The notes beneath the pieces are model-generated. The model did not search any database, was not told the DNA's origin, and worked only from the letters and a program-made list of their open reading frames with translations. The position numbers were made by a program, and so were the translations under genes. Positions 36,360 to 46,630 of a stretch of DNA of 64,000 nucleotides are shown here, piece after piece. Position 1 is the stretch's first letter. Each line of letters starts with the position of its first letter. Source of the DNA: an uncultured bacterium (GTDB lineage: Bacteria; Krumholzibacteriota; Krumholzibacteriia; Krumholzibacteriales; Krumholzibacteriaceae); NCBI GenBank assembly GCA_965371515.1, contig CBDUYR010000002.1, forward strand, positions 32,001 to 96,000, read 5' to 3'.

Positions 36360-37457
36360 TCACAACACAGACTTGAGCAGTTCCTCCATCCCCTCTACTT
36401 CCAACTTCATATTCAGTCTCAGCAGTCTCGTCCCCTCCGGGAAGAGCGCCGCTACCTTGCCCCAGTCCTTCTCCGTCGTGACGAAAACGCTCCCCGTCCC
36501 GACCTCTTCAATCATTTCCACTATATCCTGTGCGGTATAGGCATGGTGATCGTCGAACCTGAACGATACAGCCGGGTCCAGTCCGTACTCTATCGCGGTC
36601 CTCTCGAACGATTCCGGCCTGGCGATACCACAGAACAGAGTTATATCCGCTCCTCCGAGTCCGGCCGCTTCCACCCTCTCGTCACTGCGTCCGGCGAGCG
36701 AGGCTGGAAAATGTCTCGCAAAGAAGACAGGCGTATCCTTCACGTACCGGGCGGCCTTCTTCGGGACTGTCCGGTCGTTCGCTCTTGTGAAGATCACAGC
36801 TCCGGCCCTCAATACTGCCGATTCAGGCTCCCTGAGCGTCCCGTACGGCAGCAGCCTTCCGTCAGCGAAAGGCCTCTCGGCATCGAGGAGAAGGACGTCG
36901 AGATCCTTCGGCAGCGAGGTCTTGTGATATGCGTCGTCGAGAATCACATGGGTCGGACCGACGGCCTCCGAGACAGCCCTGATCCCTCTCCCTCTGTCCC
37001 TGTCCACGGCAAGCGGCAGACCGGCCCTGATGTAGAGTACGGCCTCGTCGCCCAGTTCCCGGGCAGCCTCAGATTCTTCTCCGCCCGGCCACATGACATA
37101 TCCCGCGGGGAGTCCGGGTCCTCCATCCGCGGCGCAGGGCAGTGCAAGAGCGCCTCCCTCGCGAGTCGCGCGTCCGCCGTAGCCCCGGGTAACTACAGCG
37201 GGCACCATCCCTCTTTCCCTGAGCGCGGATGCGATTGCCAGGACGCACGGCGTCTTGCCGCCGCCGCCCACCTCGATATTTCCCACTGATATTATCTTCG
37301 GTCCTCCTGCAGTCGCGTGTGAAGCCTGTGCCGGAGTCGTACGGACGTACAGTCCGTAAAATACGGAAAGGGCAAACCGGAGCGGGCCGAGCAGGGACCA
37401 TCCGTCCTTTCCCATAAATATCCGCATACGTCTCGTATAGCGTTCAACTATCCTCAT
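36360..37457 (-). CDS. lpxK: Tetraacyldisaccharide 4'-kinase
   Basis: ISVGNIEVGGGGKTP, TRGYG, GDEA, LDDAYH, LLPYGTLREP, FDDHH, TTEKD; start approximate. Confidence 0.92.
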   Translation of the reverse strand: MRIVERYTRRMRIFMGKDGWSLLGPLRFALSVFYGLYVRTTPAQASHATAGGPKIISVGNIEVGGGGKTPCVLAIASALRERGMVPAVVTRGYGGRATREGGALALPCAADGGPGLPAGYVMWPGGEESEAARELGDEAVLYIRAGLPLAVDRDRGRGIRAVSEAVGPTHVILDDAYHKTSLPKDLDVLLLDAERPFADGRLLPYGTLREPESAVLRAGAVIFTRANDRTVPKKAARYVKDTPVFFARHFPASLAGRSDERVEAAGLGGADITLFCGIARPESFERTAIEYGLDPAVSFRFDDHHAYTAQDIVEMIEEVGTGSVFVTTEKDWGKVAALFPEGTRLLRLNMKLEVEGMEELLKSVL

Positions 37458-38127
37458 GCGGCCATACATCCTCGCCGGTATAACCAATATCCCTGTCGAG
37501 GCGGGATGTCAGCTCGCCCAGTCTCGTCTCGAGCTCGATCCTGAAGCGCTCCCTCTCCTCCGCCCCGGTCCCTGCAGGAACGATAAGAGGTTCGCCGTAC
37601 TCGACTATCACCTTCGCGAACGGAGCGGGGACCTGGAACCTGTCCCATGAACGGAAGATCTTTCTCCCGCGCGCCGTATCCGATATAGGCACGACAGCGG
37701 ACGCTGCAAGGCGGCTGAGTTCTGTCGCCCCCTGCTGCACCCTGCCGCGCGGTCCCTTCGGGCCGTCAACCGTCAATCCAACATCATAGCCTTCGGCCAG
37801 GACTCCCCTGAGCTCCCTCAGCGCCCTGGCTCCGCCTCGCGTCGTCGATCCCTTGAGATGCCCGAATCCGAGCCATTCGATAGTCTTCCCCATCAGGTCG
37901 CCATCGTAGTGTTCGGAAGCGAGTATGCGTATCTTTCTGTTCCTGTGGGTCCAACTGAGCACAAGGAGCCTCCCGTGCCAGAATGCAAATATCAGCCTCT
38001 CTGACATCTTCCGTGCCCTGTCGAGATTCTCGCCGCCCCTTATCTCTATTCGCCAGGTGACGCCGAGGATCCTGATCAGTACGGAGGCGAAAAAACTCGT
38101 TACCTTCACGTTCAGTCTGATCTTCAT
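37444..38127 (-). CDS. DUF374 / lysophospholipid-acyltransferase-like protein
   Basis: AFWHGR, SEHYDGD, GSTTRGG, TVDGPKGP, SWDRFQVPAPF. Confidence 0.85.
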   Translation of the reverse strand: MKIRLNVKVTSFFASVLIRILGVTWRIEIRGGENLDRARKMSERLIFAFWHGRLLVLSWTHRNRKIRILASEHYDGDLMGKTIEWLGFGHLKGSTTRGGARALRELRGVLAEGYDVGLTVDGPKGPRGRVQQGATELSRLAASAVVPISDTARGRKIFRSWDRFQVPAPFAKVIVEYGEPLIVPAGTGAEERERFRIELETRLGELTSRLDRDIGYTGEDVWPHEDS

Positions 38128-39260
38128 CGGTGGCCGGACCTTCCCTGGTCTCCGGCCATCGCCAGAGCTCTCTCCGCGAGATGGTCCATCCCGTTTTCCC
38201 GGCGGAGCGAATTTCTCAGCGAGAGGAGCCGTCCCGAGATCTCCCCGTATCGCTTCCCGTCTCCCAGGATCAAATCAGCCTCGGCCGCTATCCTGCCGGG
38301 AACAACATCAGCCTGGATCAGTTCGGGAACGACAGTTTCTCCAGCGAGCACGTTGGGCATTGCTATCCACGGGATAGTCACCATCGTCCTCGCCAGTAGA
38401 TAAGTCAGTGCCGAGGTCCTGTATATGACGACCATCGGTGTGCCAGACATCGCCGTCTGAAGGGTCACGGTACCGGACGACGCGATAACCAGGCCCGCCC
38501 CGGCCAGCTCTTCCGTACCTTTCCTCGTGATGGTCATGTACTCTTTCATATCTTCCGGAATCGCGAGAAGCCCGTCTTCTATCAGTGGAGCGGCTCCCAG
38601 CCGAAACCTCGCCCGCGGCCAGCCGTCGTGGAGCTTGCGAGCCGCCCCGAGCAACGGCTCGAGATGATTCGTCACTTCCTGCCTTCTGCTGCCCGGAAAG
38701 AGCAGAATATCGAACGGCTCGTCCATACCGGGCGCCTGCTTCGTGCCGGACGGGGCATCTATCTCCTCGAGCATAGGGTGGCCGGCGAAGAAGACCGGGA
38801 TCCCTCTCTTCCTGTAGTAATCGACCTCGAACGGAAGGATGACGGCCATCAGGTCTACGACCTTTTTCATCTTTCTCGTCCTCCATCCCGCCCACGCCCA
38901 GACCTGCGGGCTTATAAAATAAAGAACGGGCACACCCCTGCCCTTCGCCTTCGCGGCGATCCTCAGGTTCATTCCGGGATAGTCGACTGGTATGTATAGA
39001 TCGATCTCACCGCCTGAGAGCAGATCGCTCAGCTTCCGTTCGAGCCGCCTTATCTTCGGCAGGCCGGAGACGATCTCCGAGAATCCCATGAAGGCGTAAT
39101 CCTCGATCGAGAATCTCACGTCGGCGCCCGCCGTGGCCATCGCCTCTCCTCCCATGGCGATGAATCTCGTGTCGGGTGCCCTGGTCCTTATCGCGGAAAT
39201 CAGCGCTGCGGCGTGGTGATCGCCGCTCGTCTCACCGCTGGTTATCAGTATCGTCTTCAT
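38124..39260 (-). CDS. lpxB: Lipid A disaccharide synthase
   Basis: GETSGDHH, VDYPGMN, SPQVWAW, ILPFE, PGSRRQE, SGTVTL, PELIQ. Confidence 0.95.
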   Translation of the reverse strand: MKTILITSGETSGDHHAAALISAIRTRAPDTRFIAMGGEAMATAGADVRFSIEDYAFMGFSEIVSGLPKIRRLERKLSDLLSGGEIDLYIPVDYPGMNLRIAAKAKGRGVPVLYFISPQVWAWAGWRTRKMKKVVDLMAVILPFEVDYYRKRGIPVFFAGHPMLEEIDAPSGTKQAPGMDEPFDILLFPGSRRQEVTNHLEPLLGAARKLHDGWPRARFRLGAAPLIEDGLLAIPEDMKEYMTITRKGTEELAGAGLVIASSGTVTLQTAMSGTPMVVIYRTSALTYLLARTMVTIPWIAMPNVLAGETVVPELIQADVVPGRIAAEADLILGDGKRYGEISGRLLSLRNSLRRENGMDHLAERALAMAGDQGRSGHR

Positions 39261-40234
39261 CCGCCGGGGCGGTCCTTCCTGAGCCGCACGAGGATCATAT
39301 CGGCGATTTCGAGAGCATTCAGCGCCTGTTTTCCGGTCACTACCGGTTCGTGCATCCCCTGCGCCGCCTCGATGAACGAATAGATCTCCTTCATGAGAGG
39401 CTCACCATCGTCGACCGCGGTATCGATCTGACTGATAAAGGCCATCGGATCGGAGGCGAGGTCCTCCACAGGCACATCCGCCGCCTTACCGAACGCTTCG
39501 ACAGACCGTGCCCTCAGATCAGCCGACACGTAGAGGTTCTCCTCGAAGAGTCGCATCTTTCTCAACGGCTCGCGCGATACCCTGCTGGCTGTCAGGTTGG
39601 CGACGCACCCTCCCCCGAATTCGAGCCGCGCGTTGACTATGTCGGGAGAGCCGGTAAGCACGCTGGCCCCCGACGCGCGGAGCTCGACAATACGGTCTCC
39701 CTCGAGCAGCGACAGGACAAGATCGATATCGTGGATCATAAGGTCGACGACTACCGATACATCCGTCCCTCTCGGTGTGAATGTACCGAGCCTGTGGCAC
39801 TCTATGAACATCGGATTCCGAACGAGGCCTGCTGCGGCCTCGAAAGCTCCATTGAACCTCTCTATATGGCCGACCTGCAGCACGAGCCCCGCCTTCGCCG
39901 CCGCATCCACCATCTCCCTGCCCTCCGCCGGGCTGGCGGCAAGCGGCTTCTCGACCAGGACGTGGACTCCTTCGGCGAAGGCTTCAAGCGCGAGCGGATG
40001 ATGAACGGTGGCCGGCGTGCAGATGCTCACCACGTCGCATTTCCCAAGCAGCTCTGAGGGACTGCCGCATACCTGCGCCCCCCACTTCTTCGCAATCTCT
40101 TTCGCCTTTGAACCGTCTGAATCCTGAAGAAATACCTCGTCGATATCCTTTGACGATGTATAGATCCTCGCATGGTGATTACCGAGACTTCCGGTACCGA
40201 TCACTCCGGCCTTTAATCTCCGGGACTCGCCCAT
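39257..40234 (-). CDS. Gfo/Idh/MocA oxidoreductase, probable UDP-GlcNAc 3-dehydrogenase (GnnA-like)
   Basis: VIGTGSLG, EKP, GHIERFN, DVSVVVDLMIHDID, LTASRVS; lies between lpxA and lpxB. Confidence 0.75.
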   Translation of the reverse strand: MGESRRLKAGVIGTGSLGNHHARIYTSSKDIDEVFLQDSDGSKAKEIAKKWGAQVCGSPSELLGKCDVVSICTPATVHHPLALEAFAEGVHVLVEKPLAASPAEGREMVDAAAKAGLVLQVGHIERFNGAFEAAAGLVRNPMFIECHRLGTFTPRGTDVSVVVDLMIHDIDLVLSLLEGDRIVELRASGASVLTGSPDIVNARLEFGGGCVANLTASRVSREPLRKMRLFEENLYVSADLRARSVEAFGKAADVPVEDLASDPMAFISQIDTAVDDGEPLMKEIYSFIEAAQGMHEPVVTGKQALNALEIADMILVRLRKDRPGG

Positions 40235-40265
40235 CGTGCACCCCGCTTTTCGATGTATGTGGTGA

Positions 40266-41042
40266 TCAGAGAGTTATTCCGCGCTGCGACCCGCGTATGA
40301 AATCGAGTAACATGTCGATCTCGGGACTCGCCTCCATCTCGATCTCCATCCGCTCGATCGCCTGGGATACATTCAGCCCGCTCCGGCAGATCAGCCTGTA
40401 CGCGGCCTTGATCTGATCGAGCTGGGAATCCTCGAATCCCCTCCGCTTCAGGCCAACCATGTTCAGGCCCGTGACCTTCGGAGGAGTTCCGGCGACCTTG
40501 ACGAACGGCAGCACGTCCTTTGCAATACGGCTCCCGCCCCCTGTGAAGGAGTGGGCGCCGATCCTTACGAACTGGTGAACTGGTACGAGACCCCCTAATA
40601 TGGCGTATTCGTGCACCGACACGTGCCCGGCGAGATTGACAGCGTTGGCAAGTACGACGTTGTCACCGATGACACAGTCGTGAGCGACATGGGAATAGGC
40701 CATCAGCAGGCACCCGCTTCCGACTACGGTCGAGTCTCCCTCTTCGGTGGCTGCGTTGACCGTAACGTATTCCCTGATCATATTGTTGTCGCCGATCCTG
40801 GTGAAAGTCCTGGCTCCGTGGTACTTCAGGTCCTGCGGCGGGGTACCCAGCGCGGCCCCGTGAAAGATCGTGTTCCCTGCGCCGAGAGTCGTATGTCCGT
40901 CGATCAGGACGTTGCTCCCGACGACCGTCCCGTCCCCTATCTTCACGTTCGGGCCGATGATCGAGTACGGTCCCACATTGACATTCTCACAGAGCTCCGC
41001 CCCCTCATGCACTATTGCCGCTCCGTGTACTTCGATTGACAT
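40266..41042 (-). CDS. lpxA: Acyl-ACP--UDP-N-acetylglucosamine O-acyltransferase
   Basis: Hexapeptide repeats; PQDLKY, IREYVT, HVAHDC, LAGHV, VHQF. Confidence 0.96.
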   Translation of the reverse strand: MSIEVHGAAIVHEGAELCENVNVGPYSIIGPNVKIGDGTVVGSNVLIDGHTTLGAGNTIFHGAALGTPPQDLKYHGARTFTRIGDNNMIREYVTVNAATEEGDSTVVGSGCLLMAYSHVAHDCVIGDNVVLANAVNLAGHVSVHEYAILGGLVPVHQFVRIGAHSFTGGGSRIAKDVLPFVKVAGTPPKVTGLNMVGLKRRGFEDSQLDQIKAAYRLICRSGLNVSQAIERMEIEMEASPEIDMLLDFIRGSQRGITL

Positions 41043-41052
41043 CGCTTCCCCG

Positions 41053-42363
41053 CTATCTCTTCACTATTGTGGACGAAAGATCAGCCTCTGCCACAACGTT
41101 GCCGTTGACATATGCCTTGCCCCTCATCTTGCAGAAATTCCTCTTCAGCGACAGCATTTCGAGCTCGAACCTCAGCTGATCCCCTGGAAGGACCGGCTTT
41201 CGGAACTTCGCCCTGTCGATCTTCGCGAAGTAGACCAGATAATTCTCCGGATTTTTAACGCTGGAGAGAAGGAGTATTCCCCCGACCTGCGCCATCGCCT
41301 CGATGATGAGGACCGCAGGCATGATCGGGTGTCCGGGGAAGTGCCCGACAAAGAAGGGCTCATTTATCGTCACGTTCTTGATCCCGACCACACGCTTGTT
41401 GTCCTCGAGCTCGATTATCCTGTCAACGAGGAGGAAGGGATACCTGTGGGGCATTATGTCCATGATCGTGTTTATATCCCAATGCCCGGCGCCGGGTCCC
41501 AAGGCGGATCGCTGCTTGTCCTTCATGTCCTGCGCAAGTAGCTTCGCAAAGGGCAGGTTATAATTGTGTCCCGACCTGATCGCGATGATATGCCCCTCTA
41601 TCGGAGCACCTGCAAGTGTGAGATCACCTATGATGTCGAGTATCTTGTGCCTTACGAACTCGTCAGGGAAACGGAGCGGGCCCTCGTTCATGATCCCGTT
41701 CTCGTCGACAACGACGGCGTTGTCCAGGCTGCCTCCCTTTATGAGCCCCTCCTTGCGGAGCATCTCGACATCCGACATCAGGGCGAAGGTCCTGGAAGGG
41801 GCGATTTCCGAAGCGAATGTATCGGAATCTATATCGAGGGAAAAGTACTGCGTGCCGATGAACTCGCTTTCGTACTCGATCGTATAGCTCACCCTGAATC
41901 CATCGTATGGCAGGGCCATAAGCTCCACATCGTCCTTGTAATACGAAACCGGCGTGGTGATCTTGAGGTATTTTACCGGAACGCCCTGGTTCTCTGTTCC
42001 GGCGGCCTTTATCGATTCGACAAGTTCAATTACGCTGCCGTCGGCGGGCTCAGGCGGCTCATCTGCATCGATGTCGATCACGAGGTTGTCGACCTGCATG
42101 CCCGATGCGGCGGCGAGGATATGCTCTACCGTGTGGATCTGGGTGCCGTCCCTCGCCAGCGTAGTATTCCTCTTCACCTCGCCCGGAGCGATATACTCCG
42201 CCCTCGCGGGAATTTCGACGACAGGATCGAGATCGATCCGCCTGAATACGATCCCTGTCCCGACGGGAGCCGGTTTGAACACGGTATGGACCTTCGCCCC
42301 CGTGTGTATGCCGATACCCTGGAATGTAAACTGTTTCTTAATCGTCCTCTGCTGCCGGACCAC
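41053..42363 (-). CDS. lpxC: Bifunctional LpxC deacetylase / FabZ dehydratase
   Basis: QRTI, GIGIHTG, TVEH, IAPSRTF, RHKILD, followed by [10 protein letters not shown] and HFPGHPIMP. Start placed at GTG 42363. Confidence 0.95.
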   Translation of the reverse strand: MVRQQRTIKKQFTFQGIGIHTGAKVHTVFKPAPVGTGIVFRRIDLDPVVEIPARAEYIAPGEVKRNTTLARDGTQIHTVEHILAAASGMQVDNLVIDIDADEPPEPADGSVIELVESIKAAGTENQGVPVKYLKITTPVSYYKDDVELMALPYDGFRVSYTIEYESEFIGTQYFSLDIDSDTFASEIAPSRTFALMSDVEMLRKEGLIKGGSLDNAVVVDENGIMNEGPLRFPDEFVRHKILDIIGDLTLAGAPIEGHIIAIRSGHNYNLPFAKLLAQDMKDKQRSALGPGAGHWDINTIMDIMPHRYPFLLVDRIIELEDNKRVVGIKNVTINEPFFVGHFPGHPIMPAVLIIEAMAQVGGILLLSSVKNPENYLVYFAKIDRAKFRKPVLPGDQLRFELEMLSLKRNFCKMRGKAYVNGNVVAEADLSSTIVKR

Positions 42364-43399
42364 TTCCCTTTCCTTTCTCCAGAGCATCCACCCTGTTCTG
42401 CAGGTTGCGGAATTCTTTGAGGAGATCGGGCAGACGTGCGGTAGCAGCGCAGATCTTGCGGGCAAACGAATGTTCGCGGGCGGGATATCCCGAAACGCTG
42501 GTCCCGGACGGAATGCTCTTGGTGACGCCTCCCTGGGCGCCCACGCTCACTCCGTCGCCGATCTTTATATGACCGACAAGCCCTGCCTGTCCCGCCAGGA
42601 CCACGTTCTTTCCCAGCTCGGTGCTGCCGGAGATCCCTGCCTGGGCTGCAATCACCGAGTTTTCGCCGATTACGACGTTATGAGCTATCTGCACGAGGTT
42701 ATCCAGCTTCGAACCGCGCCCGACAAGTGTTACTCCCATTGTGGCCCTGTCTATCGTAGTATTGGCGCCGATCTCCACATCTTCCTCGATTCTTACGATC
42801 CCGATCTGCGGTATCTTGTGATGTTCCGTCCCGTCGCTTGCGTATCCGAATCCGTCGCTGCCTATCACCGCTCCCGAATGGATTATCACCCTGTTCCCGA
42901 TCTCACACTTCTCCCTGATCGTCACGTGGGGATAGATAAGGCAGTCGTTCCCGATCTTTACTCCTTCGTTGATGCACGCGAGCGGGAGGATCGTAGTCCG
43001 GTCGCCGATGCGGACGTTATCCTCGAGGACAACATACGCCCCGATCGATATCTCCTTGCCGAGCTTCACGCTGTCAGGGATTATCGCGGTAGGGTCCACC
43101 TCGCGGCTGTACTTCTCGAGCGGGGTCTCGGAGAAGAGCCTCACGACCTTGAGAAAGGCCAGATAAGGATTTTCAATACTGATGATGGCCCCGTCGAAAC
43201 TGCCGTTTCCGCCCGCGGCGATCACGGCCGACGCGTTTGTCGACGCGAGATACGTCTCGTATTTCGGATTCGCGAGAAATGTGATCTCGCCGGGGACGGC
43301 CTCCCTGATGCCGGCGACTCCCCGGATCTCTACAGATCCGTCGCCGACAACCTTGCCTCCGACTATCCCGGCGATCTTTTCTATACTGTAATAAGGCAT
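42338..43399 (-). CDS. lpxD: UDP-3-O-acylglucosamine N-acyltransferase
   Basis: [38 protein letters not shown]. Confidence 0.96.
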   Translation of the reverse strand: MPYYSIEKIAGIVGGKVVGDGSVEIRGVAGIREAVPGEITFLANPKYETYLASTNASAVIAAGGNGSFDGAIISIENPYLAFLKVVRLFSETPLEKYSREVDPTAIIPDSVKLGKEISIGAYVVLEDNVRIGDRTTILPLACINEGVKIGNDCLIYPHVTIREKCEIGNRVIIHSGAVIGSDGFGYASDGTEHHKIPQIGIVRIEEDVEIGANTTIDRATMGVTLVGRGSKLDNLVQIAHNVVIGENSVIAAQAGISGSTELGKNVVLAGQAGLVGHIKIGDGVSVGAQGGVTKSIPSGTSVSGYPAREHSFARKICAATARLPDLLKEFRNLQNRVDALEKGKGSGPAAEDD

Positions 43400-43447
43400 C
43401 TGCTGTACCGTTCCATTATTGACATTATTCCCTGATTATCAGCAAAC

Positions 43448-43453
43448 ATTATA
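43448..43453 (-). promoter_or_regulatory. Possible -10 box (TATAAT) upstream of lpxD
   Basis: Perfect TATAAT in an AT-rich gap, but TTGCTT lies only 15 nt upstream (non-optimal spacing). Confidence 0.35.
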
Positions 43454-43513
43454 CGCCGGTACCGGGAAAAGCAACCAATATTATACCGTCAGGGCGATAC
43501 GACACGACGCAAC

Positions 43514-44050
43514 TTATTGTGTAATCTCCATTTGCGCCTCAAGACGTGCGATGATCATGTCGGTGATGTCTATCTCCTTGTCCGCATAGACGATCACACC
43601 CTGCGAAGAGTCGAGAACGAGCGTAAATCCCTCTTCTTCGGCTACTATTTCGATGATGCCGTTGATCTTCTCGACGATAGGCTCGGTAAGTTCCTTGTTC
43701 CGCCTGGCAGCCTCGCCGTTCTCCCCGAAGATGTCCTGCATGAACTTCTGGTATTCCTTCATCCTCTGGTCGAAGATGAGCTTCTTTTCCTCGAGCTTCT
43801 CCGCGCTGAGCATGAGGCTCTGGCTCTGGATCTCTTCCCTCATCCGGGCCAGATCGGCCTCCATCTCCTCGGCCTGCTTTTTCCAGATCTCAACCTCTTT
43901 CTTGTAGACCTCCTCGGCCTCGATCGTCTCCTTGAAATTGGCGAATATCTTGACCGTGTCGATATAACCGATCTTTACTTCCGCCACCGCAGGAACGGCC
44001 GCCGCCGTCAGTATGCAGAGCGCCAGGACGATCAGCGTGAGCTTTCTCAT
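43514..44050 (-). CDS. skp: OmpH/Skp periplasmic chaperone
   Basis: Signal peptide, KIGYID, coiled coil, DITD; lies between bamA and lpxD. Confidence 0.9.
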   Translation of the reverse strand: MRKLTLIVLALCILTAAAVPAVAEVKIGYIDTVKIFANFKETIEAEEVYKKEVEIWKKQAEEMEADLARMREEIQSQSLMLSAEKLEEKKLIFDQRMKEYQKFMQDIFGENGEAARRNKELTEPIVEKINGIIEIVAEEEGFTLVLDSSQGVIVYADKEIDITDMIIARLEAQMEITQ

Positions 44051-44121
44051 ACAGTACCTCCTTCTATCCTGTTTCGGATTTCCTGAAAAATAATGGACTT
44101 CTCTCGTGACGTAAACCTTTA

Positions 44122-46368
44122 TTAGAAGAACGTACCAAATGTAAAATGAGGCTCCCAGGCCGGGCCGCCGAACTTGTCGAACCCGTATCCGTAGTCGAAC
44201 CCGAGGTTACCCATGCCGGGCATCTCGATCCTGATACCCGCGCCCAGCCCCCGTCTCATGTTGTAGATGTTCGCCTCTGTCATCGAGTTCCACGTGTTTC
44301 CGACATCGTAGAACACGAGTCCCCAGACCATCTGCGAGAAGGGGAAAACGAGCTCCTGAGTGATCTTGGTCATGAACGTTCCGCCGACGAACGGATTGTT
44401 CCCATAAGGCACGATCTCGAAGAAATCGTATCCCCTCATGGCGAACCGCCTGTTTCCGCCGAGCCGGTACTTCTCGTAATCCTCCACCTTCTGGCCGCCG
44501 TAGCCGTGGATGCCCGCCGCGTCCAGGCCGAGATGAAAGGTAACCTTCCAGAAGAGGCGCTTGAACCAGGAGATCGCCGCGCTGTTCCTTATGAACTGAA
44601 CGTTGCCTCCGAAGACCCCGCCGGCCAGTTCGGTGTTCCAGGTGATGACCGAGCCCCTTGTCGGGTGGAAGGGATTGTCGGTCGAGTTTCTCACAATGCT
44701 CAGTGTAACAGTGCTTTTATTCAGCGGCCATCCTACCTGCCGCAGCGACCCGCTCTCCGGGTAAGCCTCGTCGAAATTGGAGAGGTTAACCTTCTCGAAC
44801 CTGTACCCGAGGAAGAACCTCGTGTAGTCGAGCATCGGGAGCTGGCGCCCGCCGCGTATCGAGAATCCGGTCCTCGTATCCTTGTAGTACTGCTGGCTGA
44901 CCCTGTCCTGCACCCAGTCGAACAAGTTGAGCGTCATGGACCATTTCGTGTCGAAGAAATAAGGCTCGGTGTACCGGAGGTTGAGATTCTTGCGGTACCT
45001 GCCGAACTCCCAGTCGAATCCGATCGTTTTCCCACGGCCGAGGAAGTTGTTCTCCTGCATGCCGAGAAAACCGGTCAGCCTGTTGAGCTGCGAGAACCCG
45101 AACCCGGCCCTGAAGCTCCCCGTCTGCTTCTCTTCGACGTCGATCAGGAGGTTGATGTCGCCCTCGTCCCCGACCGGCTCGGTGTCTATCTTCGGCGGAC
45201 CGTTAAAATACCCCAGCTGGAATACATCGCGAATGCTGCGCTGAACGTTCTGCAGGATGAACCTGTCGCCCGGATAGACATCGAGCTCGCGGCGTATGAC
45301 GTTCTCGAAAGTCTTCGTGTTGCCCGTGATCCTGATCTCGCGTATCGAGGCGGGCTGGTTCTCGATGATCTCGAGGTCGACGTCGATCATCCTCCGCCGT
45401 TTCGTCTGGTTGGGGATGACGCGGCTCCAGATGTAGCCGTTCTCCCAGTAGACCGAGTTGATGCCCATGTTGGTCATTTCCATGGCATGCATGGAGAAAG
45501 GCTCGCCCTCGACAAGCATGATCAGGTTCTCTATCTCATGGTCCAGGACCTCTTCGTTCCCGCCCCAGCTGATCTCGCCGACGTAGTATCGGTTCCCCTC
45601 GTGGATCCTTATGTAGATGTCAACCCGACGGCCATCCTGGACTATCTCGATATGATCGACCGACACCGTCACGTCGAGATACCCTTCGTCGCGGTATATG
45701 GTGAGGATGTTCTCGATGTCCTCATCTAGAACCTTTGGTTTGTAGTCCCCTCCCCTGAACCACGAGTCGGCCTTGCTCTCCATCATGCCGAGGAGGTCCT
45801 TCGAACTGAACGCTCCGTTGCCGAGGATGTCGATGTGGCGGATCTTGACCTTCTCGCCCTCGTCGATCCTGTAAGTCACGTAGATCTTGTGTTCTTCCCT
45901 CGAAGGGACCCTGTCGACTTCTATCCTCGCCCCGTTGTAACCTTTTTCGGCATAGAGATCCCTGATGGCGGTGATGTCCCTCGTTATCATCGCCGGACGG
46001 GCAAAATACCCCTCGCGGGTGGAGATCTTGGCCCTTATGTCGTTTTCCTTTATCTTGCGGTTCCCCTCCACTACAACCGCCTTGACCCGCGGGTACTCCT
46101 CGACGACGATTGTCAGGACGGCCTTCCCGCCCTCCTCGTAGTAGTACGCCTGAACGTCGGCGAAATCCTTCGTCCTCACCAGCCGCTTGATCCCCTGGGA
46201 GACTTTCTCTGCTACGAATATGTCTCCGGCCTTAACGCCGAGGATCGATTGGACCTTCGTATCGGTCACGAATACATTGCCCTCGACATCAACCCTGTCG
46301 ACCTCGATCGAGAGGGCCTGGGAGGAGGCCGTAAGTATGATAAACAATGCAGTAAAAAGAGTTTTCAT
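44122..46368 (-). CDS. bamA: Outer membrane protein assembly factor BamA
   Basis: POTRA repeats (GNTKTFENVIRREL), ENNFLGRG, YTEPYFFD, MRGY, C-terminal Phe. Confidence 0.95.
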   Translation of the reverse strand: MKTLFTALFIILTASSQALSIEVDRVDVEGNVFVTDTKVQSILGVKAGDIFVAEKVSQGIKRLVRTKDFADVQAYYYEEGGKAVLTIVVEEYPRVKAVVVEGNRKIKENDIRAKISTREGYFARPAMITRDITAIRDLYAEKGYNGARIEVDRVPSREEHKIYVTYRIDEGEKVKIRHIDILGNGAFSSKDLLGMMESKADSWFRGGDYKPKVLDEDIENILTIYRDEGYLDVTVSVDHIEIVQDGRRVDIYIRIHEGNRYYVGEISWGGNEEVLDHEIENLIMLVEGEPFSMHAMEMTNMGINSVYWENGYIWSRVIPNQTKRRRMIDVDLEIIENQPASIREIRITGNTKTFENVIRRELDVYPGDRFILQNVQRSIRDVFQLGYFNGPPKIDTEPVGDEGDINLLIDVEEKQTGSFRAGFGFSQLNRLTGFLGMQENNFLGRGKTIGFDWEFGRYRKNLNLRYTEPYFFDTKWSMTLNLFDWVQDRVSQQYYKDTRTGFSIRGGRQLPMLDYTRFFLGYRFEKVNLSNFDEAYPESGSLRQVGWPLNKSTVTLSIVRNSTDNPFHPTRGSVITWNTELAGGVFGGNVQFIRNSAAISWFKRLFWKVTFHLGLDAAGIHGYGGQKVEDYEKYRLGGNRRFAMRGYDFFEIVPYGNNPFVGGTFMTKITQELVFPFSQMVWGLVFYDVGNTWNSMTEANIYNMRRGLGAGIRIEMPGMGNLGFDYGYGFDKFGGPAWEPHFTFGTFF

Positions 46369-46405
46369 CGTTCCTTATCCACTGATCCCCGTCTGAATCC
46401 GGTGA

Positions 46406-46434
46406 ATGCTAGCACAGCCCTTCACGGCCTGCAA
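46406..46434 (-). promoter_or_regulatory. Putative sigma70 promoter of bamA
   Basis: TTGCAG -17 nt- TAGCAT with extended TGn. Confidence 0.45.
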
Positions 46435-46545
46435 AGATAAAAGACGAGCCGGTCAGAAAGCGGGCCGCACTCCCGCCGTGCTCAGGGGCCAGTCAAAGAT
46501 ATGACACCCGGGCCACAGGGGAAAGCCCGTTTCTCCGGCTTTTCG

Positions 46546-46574
46546 AAAGGCCCCGGGATCCATTCCCGGGGCCT
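46546..46574 (-). terminator. Hairpin downstream of clpC, probable terminator
   Basis: AGGCCCCGGGA-5 nt-TCCCGGGGCCT perfect 11-bp stem with a short U tail. Confidence 0.65.
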
Positions 46575-46630
46575 ATAGTTTTCTACATTTCATGGAGAAT
46601 ACGGTTCCAGTTATTCTCGCTCGGAGCGGC

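Noticed and set aside
41954..43435. 493-aa plus-strand ORF
   Set aside because: Antisense to lpxD/lpxC; no protein-like features.
44146..45729. 527-aa plus-strand ORF
   Set aside because: Antisense shadow of bamA.
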